Shown piece after piece: positions 42,231-54,300 of a DNA stretch of 64,000 bases (the stretch's first letter is position 1; every line of letters starts with the position of its first letter). The stretch spans positions 20,696,767-20,760,766 of the forward strand of contig OZ037766.1 of the NCBI GenBank assembly GCA_964035545.1, given 5' to 3'. Under the pieces are notes generated by a model. The model saw nothing but the letters and a program-made list of their open reading frames with translations. It made no database searches and had not been told where the DNA came from. The position numbers and the translations under genes are program-made. The DNA is from Bugula neritina (lineage: Eukaryota; Animalia; Bryozoa).

Positions 42231-42677
42231 GTCATCCCAGATAGGCGCTTCCCAGTGTAATGGATTTTTAACGCTCTAGTAATTACATCGCGTCACTATT
42301 ATAATTGACTTGGCGTAACTTTCTAAATGCTGTTAAATGTTGTAATTATAGCTAAGCTCCTTGCGCAGCTTTCTAATGCCTTAAATATCGTAATTATAGC
42401 TAAGCTCTTAGCGTAATGATTGTGAATTGCTCTTCCTATTTTTTTGTTTGTTTATAAAATACTGTAATAGTTTTTGTTGATTTACGTTCCCCGCTACTTT
42501 TTTGTAAATAATCGTTGAGAAGTTATGCAACTTCGGAAAGGCTTGTTCGATTTCAGACAGATCCTTCCGACTTCGGCCAACGGAACTCCGAATTTCAGCT
42601 GAGTTTCGGACACCCGAAGTGGCGGAAAATTTTGTTAGTATATAAGTAGGAGAGTTTCCAGTGCTAAGTCACTCTAA

Positions 42678-43462
42678 TGGGGCTGCCACACTACAGTCAA
42701 AACGGCCATCTTGAACGCGTTTTCGAGGCTAAGCGTTGACCTCTGTGACGTCACAACTGAACGCAACTGTCAGTTTTTCGCGATGCGATGAAAGTTCAAC
42801 ATGTTCAACTGTCATCGCTGAAGTTGAGCGATCAGCCAATCACTGACTGGCCAGGTAAACCCTGATTGGTTAAGTGCTTTTACTTTTTCCACGTGCTACT
42901 AGCGAGCATTATTATTTGATTTGGTTCTTCGAAAATTATATTAATTTACTTTTAAAATAATTATGATGAAGTTATGTATGAAAGTTTCAATAAATCATGA
43001 AAATAAGTATTCATTAGATAAATTTTGCTAAATTTTATCTGCATATTTAGTTTTTCTAATTTGGTTGAATTTTATTAGCGTACTATAACTATTTAGTTCT
43101 TTAGGCTAGTGAATGAGCTTGAATAAAGCTAAGTAATATCATTAAATGAAGCTAGTAATTTTGAATAATTGAAGCTAGTAAATTAGAATAAAAATAACTA
43201 GAAAATCTTATTAAATTATGCTAGTAAATCTCAAAAAATTGCGCTAAGATTAATTGTTGGTTACTGTGGATACTGCAGAAACTGGTTTATGGCATTCCTA
43301 TTGGTTTAAAAGTTTACTGCGAGACTAGAGACAGTTAGCTTTCATCGTTCGTAGTGAACTGTAGTGTGACCAGCAAAAAGTAGGACGTGACATTGAAGGC
43401 ATGCGCAAGCAGCTCCAAAATGGCCGCCACAGTCGCGTTTCGACTGTAGTGTGTTATGGGCA
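42678..43462. mobile_element. Non-autonomous PIF/Harbinger-like MITE (about 785 bp)
   Basis: Left end TAA|tggggctgccacactacagtcaaaac; right end (reverse complement) tgcccataacacactacagtcgaaac, with TAA at 43463-43465. Core cacactacagtc.aaac matches 16/17 at an identical offset from the 3-bp TAA TSD; extra internal TIR-like copy at about 43356-43375. Confidence 0.65.
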
Positions 43463-43607
43463 TAACACTGGAGCTCGACCAAGACGCATCTATAGAAGAA
43501 TAAAGGCACTATATCAAGAGTATTCAAGAAGACTTTTAATTGATCAGCATAGTATAAGGCATGCAGACTGCTCAGTCTATTTCATCATGACTCACAAGTT
43601 TACTACA

Positions 43608-44111
43608 CCAATTAGATGCTAGGCTAAATTTTCCACTTGGACGCTTCCCACTTAGACGTTTCCCAGTTAAACGCTATTCATTTATTTTGGTGGGATATAT
43701 ATTTTATGTGCAATTTTTTTGAATAGTATTGAAATATATGTATATTTAAATAAACTTGGATCAATTGTTTGCTATTTAGCACATAAATAATTTTTTTGAT
43801 CTGCATTAACTTATTAATTTTGCATATTTTATATTTCTTGTTTAAAAAAATATTTGGTTAGTAAGTCTTCATTAAAAATAATGTCTATTATTAATTTATT
43901 ACTGTTTTTTGCCCCACAAAAATCCGTGAAAAGTGGGCTATTATTCCAGATACTTTATATTAGCCATTATAGCTATAATTAGCATATTGGCCATATAGCA
44001 ATCAATACAACAGCTATATAGGTATATATACATTACTATGGTACAAAAATAAAAAAATAACATCCAAGTGGAAAACGTCCAAAAAAGAACTTTAGCCTAG
44101 CGTCTAACTGG
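43608..44111. mobile_element. MITE-like element with terminal inverted repeats
   Basis: ccaattagatgctaggctaaa (43608-43628) matches the reverse complement of 44091-44111 at 19/21; subterminal ttccacttggacg-type repeats at both ends; AT-rich interior. Confidence 0.65.
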
Positions 44112-45381
44112 GAATCATCTATCTCGAATAAAACCATCATTCAGGGTTAGAAGTTATGACTCTTAATCTTATAAAACTTAGAATGGCGCTGGGTTATAAA
44201 TGTAATTCATTAATGATGAAATTCATGTCAAGTCAATGTGAATGTCGTGAATCATAAGAATTTATTTTAATTTTTTTTTAAATTCAATATTGATTGTTGA
44301 TACTAAAATTTTACCTAACCAACTCAGCAAGAAGAACAACACTCAACACTGATGTTGGCATATAATGAAATTGCAAGAGATAGTCAAAATATGTTGTTAA
44401 CCAATAGGTCTGCTGCTCACAGTGAGCTAACATCTTTTCACACAAAAGTTTACCAGTATATCCAAGTAGTTTTTTGCCAAGAACCAATTGGTACCAGAGA
44501 AAGCATAAAAAATTATCAACACAGTTTCACAAAAAAAATGTATTCTCTATATTTACTATTAAAAGCATTAAATTAAAAATAACAACCGTAGACGAAATGA
44601 TTTACTTCTATAAATGTTCCTGAGTGTTTGATATCTTCAAAGGTATAAAAAACACATTGAAATTCATTTCATAATTTTAGTACCAGTAGCATAACTCAGT
44701 CTTATAATTCATAACTAATATTCATATTAATAATCATAACTGGAAAACGGAGCCTGAAATATCACTCAACACTATCTGAGGGATTATGTTGATGTTAAGG
44801 CTCAAAACCAGTTTTATAAATAATAAAGATAATAATGGCAAAGCTACATGTGATCACACATTGATATTTATAGTGATAGTTGATTTGTTTTTTTTTCACA
44901 GTGTTAGTAAGTCATAGTATTCTGATTTTAGTAGTAATCTGATCAACACTTAAAATTCCTCATTTTAAGGATATATTATTTAAACGTTTTTATTTTAATT
45001 TTGATTGATTTTCAACTCCATAACTAGCTGGTACTTATAGAATTTTAATAGAATTGTTAACTTGTTTTTCCTAATCATAATTTAAGTTTAAGTAATTTAA
45101 TCAAGTTCATGATTGTTATTATGAGTTTGTATTCTTAAACTGTAAAGACAAAACCTTTCACTGGTTTCTAGTTAAAATTTAATTTAAATTTTGCTCGAGT
45201 TTCAATTAAATTATACTACTTCCATATATAGTTATATAGTTGTAAATAATTTTTGATACTTTGTTTTGCTAAAAACAATTGTAAGACTCTCCCTAATCTT
45301 GTTGATTCCTTACCACAACTGCGTACCACTGCTGTTATTCAAGTTTTTAAATTTTAGTGGTAAACCTGAATCTCAACCATA

Positions 45382-48300
45382 ATGATGCCTGCCCATTCTC
45401 TTGCTAGGAGACTAACCATGACTTCTGTTTCTTGCCCTCTTTGGTCCCAAATATCCAGAATGCATTGCAATAGGTAGGTGTGAGTCATTAGCCTGACACT
45501 AGTTATCAGAGTCCTAGTATATTTCTATAGTAAAATATGTAATTTGACTGCATGTTTTCTGACTGAATTGCGAGTCAAGTAAAGTCATATCTTAAATAAA
45601 TGTTGGTGTTCACTTGACTAAATGATTCGTATTTTGATGCACATGTTTAGTTTGTCTCAGTTAAAGTTGAGTTCAAACTCTTCATGTTACAATTTTCTTC
45701 CTTTGGTAGTGCAAGGTACTTTAATCACTGCATATGTGCAATTACTTCATGTATTCATGAAATAAATTATCAAATTTTAATACTTACAATAGTTGTAAGG
45801 GTTTCTAAAATGCTGATATTTTTCAAAATTTTCAAACCGACCAAGACCACAATAAGTTGATTCTCAAAAACATAGTTTATTAGCAACAAATTTTAACTTC
45901 TCGCTGTTAAGCAGCTGTGTGAACTTATAGTTGCATGCTATATATTCTGCAAAGTAAGTATTTCATACTCATGATAAGCAATTTTATACACAGTAGTTAG
46001 TGGTTATACATTACTAGTTAAACATGGCATCATTCACTTTATTTTCACTTTGAACTAACATCTGCTTTTAGCCAAAATTTTTTGTTCTGATAATATTGTT
46101 GATTTGTTTGCCATCTTGTTTACAGGATGGTAAAATCACAGAAACTATGGTATTCTGCCACAAGCTCCCAGAGAGCAGGGGAACCTGAAACAGATGCTAA
46201 ACCTACAATAGAAATACCAGCTCGAGTTCATAGGTCAGTTTGAATTTTTTGTGTAAATCAATAATACTATTTTGGAAATTAATGTTTCCGAATTCAACTA
46301 TGATGTAAAATAATTGCATGTGTTGTTTTATCTAAATGCTTGTACACTGTGTAGGGAGTTGTTTTACCTAAGTTGTGTAACATTTGTTGCAATAATAAAT
46401 GAGTCCTATGAAATTACATGTAGATTTTATAAAAGATGATGACTAAATGCGATTTGTAATTTAATGTGTGTAAAGTTTGAGCAACAAAAAACATATACAA
46501 AATTACAAATTCTAATTTATATATTTTTTATTTTGTCAATAACAGCTGAAATGTTGATATATTTTAGAGAGCCCACGAGTATTCTCCGTGCTTTAGCTGA
46601 CACAGTCAACTATGTAAGTAAATGTGTGTGTTCATGTGTGCGTGTATTTGCGTTGTGTGTGCATGTGGGACCATTATACTATACATGGCAGTCAGTTTAT
46701 TGCTTACAGAACATTTTTTTAGCAAAGATATAACTGGAGATGTGTATGTTTTGTCAATGATACCATTTGGTAATTACTATGATCATCAATTTTTAAATGT
46801 ACTAAAACAAGTTAGACTTAGATCTCTAGTAAATGGTGGTTGCTGACTTACTCTCCATGCAACCTGATGGAACCACAGGGCGCAGCTTTAATGAGCATAC
46901 ATAAATATGATAGGCAGGAGTTATATATTGTGATGACTTGTTTTTATTTTAAGATGCTGTGACTACTTTTGCCATTACTCAACCATCTGTTTTATTGTGT
47001 CAGTCAGTCTCTGCCCTGTAGAGCCAGTTATTCTTTATGCTGAGTGCTTTGGTTATTATGGTTGGTTTAAGGTGTTCTTTATTTTTAGGACCCAACTTTT
47101 TCCAGTGGCATGCCTTTGATCGATGACCCGGATATGCATCAACCCAGTCGTCATTTTGCTGTGAGTATATGTGGAGTTGGCAGAGTTTTAGCTTATACAA
47201 GGTTGCTATTATTTAAAAAAACTGGCTAAAGCAAAACTGAAAAAAAATTCATGGTTGCCCATGCCTTTTAGTGGTAATAAATGGCAAAAGTAAAAGTAGG
47301 TGTGATTTTCATGAAATAAGATAATTTCAAGAAAGCCTGTGATCTGGTGAAGAATTATAAGATGTGTCTTTTATAGACGGACCAAAGCTTGTTTGTAAAA
47401 GTATAAAATAGAAACTGCCTATGCTTTGTGTTTTTTCTGTTTCTACAACCGGTATAAGCACCAGAAATAGTTATAAATTTTGCATTATATAAGGCTTATG
47501 TATTTTATTTGGTGGTGCCAACAGATTCGTTTTTAGGCAAGTATGATATTCTTGAAAGGTCTTTGAAAGATTACTCAATTTTTATACTGTTTATGAAACA
47601 AACACTAGGTGATAAATTGTAACCACATTTGTATTTATAGCTCGTGTTCCAGTAGTAATTTCCTTTATAATTCACTTGCAATAGCCGACTGGTTACCTCT
47701 TTCCACTTTTGACTAATTCAATGAAACTTGGCTATTCTTCAGTTTATTATGTCTTGGTATTGGTATTTTTAGTTTTCTTAGACTTTGGAACAAGTTCTAA
47801 AGTTTTTGGTTTTTTCTAGAAAATGTTTGTGTTGTCAGAAGCATCTGGAAAAGGCGTAGCTGAGCATATGGCTAGCACTTTCTCTCAGTACCTACAGCAT
47901 GATAAATCTGCTCCCACTGTAGAGGTACAGTAAGATATTCTTATAAGTGTAGACTTCTACTTTGGTAAATAAACTTATATCTCTAAGGATTCTGATTCGT
48001 GATGCTTTTTAGTATTATTGAACATTCAGAATTTACCTAATATACCCCAGCGTGTGCTCGAGATAATGCTTTTGATGCCCTAGAAACTTGAACGCTGAAC
48101 TATTTATTCTTTCTTATTATAAGCCTTATTTTTATGACATAATTCAGTAAATATTTCAATTGTACCAGAAATTTTTTAAGCTTTCAAATAATGCTATTAC
48201 GTTTTAGTTATTTTATTTAGAATTATTTTAAACTAGTGACACTACGGACAAAGGCACTATGAACGCCTTGGTGTGGAAATATACTGTACCTAACAGTGTT

Positions 48301-51300
48301 TCAGCACTGTATCTAGCAATGTATCAGCACTGTACCTAGCAATGTTTCAGCACTGTATCTAACAATGTATCAGCAATGTACCTAGCAATGTTTCAGCACT
48401 GTATCTAGCAATGTATCAGCACTGTACCTAGCAATGTTTCAGCACTGTATCTAACAATGTATCAGCAATGTACCTAGCAATGTGTCAGCAATGTACCTAA
48501 CAATGTTTTACTACTGTACCTAGCAATGTTTCAGCACTGTATCTAGCAATGTATCAGCACTGTACCTAGCAATGTTTCAGCACTCTATCTAGCAATGTTT
48601 CAGCACTGTACCTAGCAATGTTTCAGCACTCTACCTAGCAATGTATCAGCACTGTTCCTAGTAATGTTTCACTACTGTACCTAGCAATGTATCAGCACTG
48701 TACCTAGCAATGTTTCAACACTATTAACGTTAAATTGGTTGTAGGCGTTTACTCCTAAGACTCTGCTCACTGGAGATACTGAAGAAGCTTTGAAAGAGCG
48801 GCTTGATTTAGACATGGTCAAAGATGCCAGAAATATATACAGTAATATGATAGCAGAAGGTGTGTATAGTTTTACTTGTAATATATGCAGTAATATGATA
48901 GCAGAAGGTGTGTATAGTTTTACTTGTAATATATACAGTAATATGATAGCAGAAGGTGTGTATAGTTTTACTTGTAAAATATACAGTAATATGATAGCAG
49001 AAGTGTGTATAGTTTTACTTGTAATATATACAGTAATATGATAAGAGAAGGTGTGTATAGTTTTACTTGCAATATATGCAGTAATACGATAGCAGCAGTG
49101 TGTGTAGTTTTACTTGTAATATATGCAGTAATACGATAGCAGAAGGTGTGTATAGTTTTACTTGTAATATATACAGTAGTACGATAGCAGAAGGTGTGTA
49201 TAGTTTTACTTGTAATATATACAGTAATACGATAGCAGAAGTGTGTATAGTTTTACTTGTAATATATACAGTAATATGATAGCAGAAGGTGTGTATAGTT
49301 TTACTTGTAATATATACAGTAATATGATAAGAGAAGGTGTGTATAGTTTTACTTGTAATATATACAGTAATACGATAGCAGAAGGTGTGTATAGTTTTAC
49401 TTGTAATATATACAGTAATACGATAGCAGCAAGTAAGTATATAATAACCTTGTAAGTGAAGTATTAATACGATAACAAAAACTAAGTGTAGTGCAATACA
49501 CTGCTCCCTCTGTATCTCACGGTTCCAGCTCTCACGAAATTCCATAGTTTACGAGAAGGGCTTGAACCCCTGTTCTGTGGCTTATGTATGTGTGTATAGG
49601 GACAAAATGGCCGAATTTAATGAATCCGGGAGTTAAATCTGATATTCTACTATGTCACGAATTGAGGTTTCAGGACCCATAGCTCAGTGAGATACAGAGG
49701 GAGAACTGTAGCTATATTTATATTACAGTATTACTCTGTATATTTGCTAGGGAAGTCCATCTCTCCAGAAATCAAACTACAGTACTTAGACACTCTGTGT
49801 CGATTCAACTCCAAAGATGAAGACTACTACAAAACTATGCCAGAAAAATACTTCTTTTCTGAAGAACAGGATCATTGGAGGTGAGGCTACAAGTCTCCAG
49901 TTTATAAGGCTATGCTTTGTATAAAACATTTGCATCATTGAAAGGAAGTTGCCAGGATCAGAATCCTATCAAAAGCTGATGTAGAAGAATAATATGTTAC
50001 TGTTTTGTCTGTAGACCAATTCCTGAGGTGACAGAGTTGTTTGAGGAGCTGCGTAGTACCCACCCTCAAGCCTATATCAGCATGATCTGTGGAATGTGCT
50101 CATATAAAAATCACAGGGAGGCTCATGACCTTTATCTTCAAGGACAGGAAGAAGGAATATTGTGTAGGTTTTTACAGTAGATATAAATGATAGACTCTCT
50201 AGATACAGCAAACGATTTTGTTATGTAGGCATATAGAATATGCATCTAGGTTATGCAAACCATATATACTATTTGGATATGGTAAATTTGTAGGTTGTTT
50301 GACTATATGTATAGGTATGGTATAGGTATGGTATAGGAAGGTATAGGTAAGGTATAGGTAAGGTATAGGTAAGGTATAGGTAAGGTATAGGTAAGGTATA
50401 GGTAAGCTCTGTTTAAGATTACCGACTTTGTATAGGGTTTTCTATTGTGGTGAAATTATCCCTGTATCTTCATTTTACCTCCCCATAGAGTTATTGGTCT
50501 AATTTTCCTAGTTGAGCAGCATTAGCACTGTTGCATGTAACTAAACTACTCTTTAGTTTATATATGACACTTGATGGTTATATCGCTATTAGTGTGAGAG
50601 GATGTTGAAAGTCTGCTTTTGTTTGTTTCAGTTCCAATTGATGTCCACAATCACATACTCTCTGGGCTGGTGGGCCTGTTCAGTAACATCGAAACCATAA
50701 AAGAAGAAGTAGAAGTAAGTTATTGAAGTTTTTTTTAGTAACCTTGATTTGACCTTACAGTAATAAATGGAAGCAAACAAGTTTGGGTTTATGTTCTCTA
50801 CCTTAATAAATGGAAAAAAAACTAATGGTGTTGCTAATGCACTGTCTTATGTATGTTGCAGAAGATACTGGTCTATCTAGAGAACAATGGAATCCGACCC
50901 AATTTACAGACATTCAACAATATTTTATGTCAGTTGAAACTTTTACCTCCCTATACTGATCGATACGCTTACAGTCTGAAACTGCTCAGTGAAATGAGAT
51001 GCTGTCATATTGGTAGGTAGTCGTTGAGCCAGGGCTCTGCTCAGTATTCTATTACTTAAACTAAACAACTTGAGGACTTCATATTATTGAATTTTGGTGG
51101 GCAGTATTCTAACTAATTGTCTCACTTCAGGAGCTCACAATTGCAAAGTACAAGATAAAGTAATGACCATTGTAGCTGTTAGATGTAAAGATATCAAGAG
51201 TTTTGCTTCATTTAGGTTCCTAATTTCTGGTATCACGTTTTGGTTTGGAGAATGATTGCTTTTTTTCACAAATGGACAACTTTTCATGCTCTAATTTTTC

Positions 51301-54300
51301 ACTGGCTATTAGAGAGATGTGCAACTCTATCGTCATAAAATTTATTCCTGGAGTTTGAAACTGTTAATTTCACAAACATTTTATCTACAATATATGTATA
51401 TATATTTCAGGCTTAAAATTGGTTCTTACATTGTTCGGCTGTTTTTTTATTATTCAATATTTTATTACTCTCAATCTGCATTTGTCTATGTCTGAGTGTT
51501 TTTGATGTGCCATGTGAGTTTTGTGCGCTGTGTGAGTTTTGTGCGCCGTGTGTGTTTTACCTGTATATACTGCAGGCACATGATTATATTATGCTAACCT
51601 GTAGAGCCCAGTCCTGCTACTTACTATCACCTACTACAAATGGTGTACAGGACACAGCATCCACGGTATTCCGACCTGCTCAGCTACACCGTGGACGAGC
51701 TCTCTAAACAAAAGCCTATTCTAGTCCAGGATGCAGAGGATAGTGAGTATATAGTATTCTTTGTCACTAGCAATCACTCAGACTACCTACTGTTATATAC
51801 AGTGCAACTGATAGAGCCATTGACTGTCTCAGACAAAGTTGAAGATAGCAGAATATACAAGGGCTTTTTTTTATTGGCACTATATGCAGAATTATTATCA
51901 ATATTTCGACATTGCAGAATTCCAAGAGTATCATAATTATTTTCTTTCAATTTTAAATTTTTTATCTATTTAGTCAGCTTATAGAAAACTACTATTGGTT
52001 GCCCTAATATTTGAAAGTTTTCTTAGAGACATTGCTTGTGGTTTTAGTGAGAGAAATATTTAACTGTCTACGGCTAGTGTAAGCAGTACAGGGGATCTCA
52101 GGCTTATATTAAAACAAGTTCTCTAGCGTTGTGGTTTGGTTTAGGTTCAGCTGGCTAAAATTTTATATGCATTTCTAGTTGAACATTCTAGAGTTTAGCA
52201 TCTAGAAAGACAAACATGACTATTATATTACATAATATTTAGTTCCTATTTGAATGCCGGTAATATGAGCTCCATATAGTAGTGCTGTCTATAAGTTATA
52301 TTGTTTATTCTTTGTAGATAGATACTTCCTCATGGCTATGGCTGCGGTAAGTCTACAACTTCGTGTTTGTATCTCCTACTAATACTGAACTCCATAAGTG
52401 ATAGTACCCCACAGAACAGCTCTGCAATTCTGCCTTATCATAGCTATGTCAATAATATAGTCATTCAAGTTGCACTACTTAGATTCTTAGAAAGAATATA
52501 TCCTGTTCTTTAACATTTTATATTTAGTTATACACATGTTAGCATTATGTGGTTATTTAAAATACGTTCTAATAACTTCAGGCTCGGCAGACCAACGATG
52601 TGGATTTAGCCAAGAGACTCTACAAACTAGCTTGGAGAGGCTGCAACAAGGCTTTGCTCGGTTCTGAACTAGAGCGGTATCGATTTCAGTGAGTAGCTAC
52701 TCCTATACTCTTCTGATGACAAGGGGAAAAATGCAGTTTTCAGAACTTTCATAGAAATTCAAACTTATTTGGGATGTTTTTATGCGCCCTTTGAAACTAG
52801 TCAGCTCACTAATTGTTATAAAACCCGTGTGTTTATCGTACAGTGAGTTTTGCGTATCATACTCAGTGGTTGTGTTGTACTTCAGTCTATTTCCAGTGAC
52901 TTACAGCTACTATATGCTACTTCATTGCACATACTAACGTGAAATGATTATTTTGCAGTAATTACTATTTACTCACCCTGATAGCATCAGAGCCTATAGA
53001 TACCATTATGGAGGCGTACAATGACTTAGTGCCCAGGGTTAGTACCATTCTATAGTATTCTTGTCTACAACTTGCATTTATATTACGTGGATTTGTTTGC
53101 TCATTTTTTAAACATGTATGCATGTTATGTTTGGAATTTTTGGTTATTTGTGTCGGATAACTGTTTTTGCAAATAAAACTACAATTTTTATTTACTCAAT
53201 TTATTTAGCTGTTATTCTAAAGGAAATGAAATTATTTTATATATGCTCTCTTTTTCCTTCAATTGCTACCTGCAGTGAAAATTAATTTATGCAATGACAG
53301 AGTATTAGACTAGGAAATTATGCTTGCTCATCTTTATCCTGATGATCACAATAAACTTATTGACATATAATAAATATGACATAAGAATGGACAAGCTCCG
53401 CATGCATTTTGATGGCTAAATTACTTCGCTTGTCGAACTGACCAAATTTTCGTTTCCTCAGTTTTAAGGCTTTCTGCCACCTAGTATAGTCGACTTATTC
53501 AACCAGTAAAGTTGAGTTTATTACTTTAATTGAATATTAAGGAGTTGTCTACTGCTTGCAGGTGTACATACCTGAGTCTAAATCTTGGAAAGCTCTTTAT
53601 GAGGCTATAGAGCTGTATGATGGGTATCAGTATGTCCCTCAAATATATCAAGGTACGTACTAGACAAATATCAGTTTACAGTTTATGGAGCAGCACACGG
53701 CAGCTTGTAGTGTATTGCCTCTAATAACCCCGGAGATGACTTTTGCTCCATTTAGGAGCAGTAATGGAGAAATTAAGGTAGCCTAAGTTCTTTAATTTTT
53801 TGAGTAATTTTGGTTTGGGGCACAGTTTGAAGTTTTTGGAGAACATAACTTTCTTTGCTATATTTCTCATCTAGAACACAGGCTTTTCTCAATTTCCTCT
53901 TTACTGCACCTCTTTTGCTAAAGCCTTTTGCAATCAGATCAACTTGAGTGCACAAGTCTGGATATTTTTCTGCTGCTTCATTTTCTACATGATCATCAGC
54001 GCAGGCAGCAACATCACTGATTACAGTTTCTTATATTAGGTCAGCAGCAATATCAGGCTTATGCCCCGTCAGCGTGTATATTAACATCTCACTAGATTAT
54101 CACTCAGTTCCTGGGAATTATGAAACCACTTTTCTCTTACATTATTGCCTCATAACTTGCAACTCCCTACACTAGTGAATATAAGATAATGTGAAATGGT
54201 ACTGCGATAATGAAGACAAACTATTTTTACAATTTATAAGCAAAATCCATTTGTGATACTTGAAAATCTCGGGCACTCTTAAGTTTTGCAAGAAACTTGA

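Noticed and set aside
46929-47043. Intronic C/D snoRNA (human PTCD3 hosts SNORD94)
   Set aside because: TGATGA and CTGA occur and agccagttat could pair with 28S rRNA, but the match is not adjacent to the D box, there is no terminal stem, and I found no U6-antisense GCGCAGGGG in PTCD3 introns; an Infernal/snoscan search would be decisive
48282-49432. CRISPR-like appearance of regular repeats; ORFs 49063-49545 and 49243-49455
   Set aside because: Head-to-tail tandem units without unique spacers, eukaryotic intron context, no cas genes; the ORFs are repeat translations
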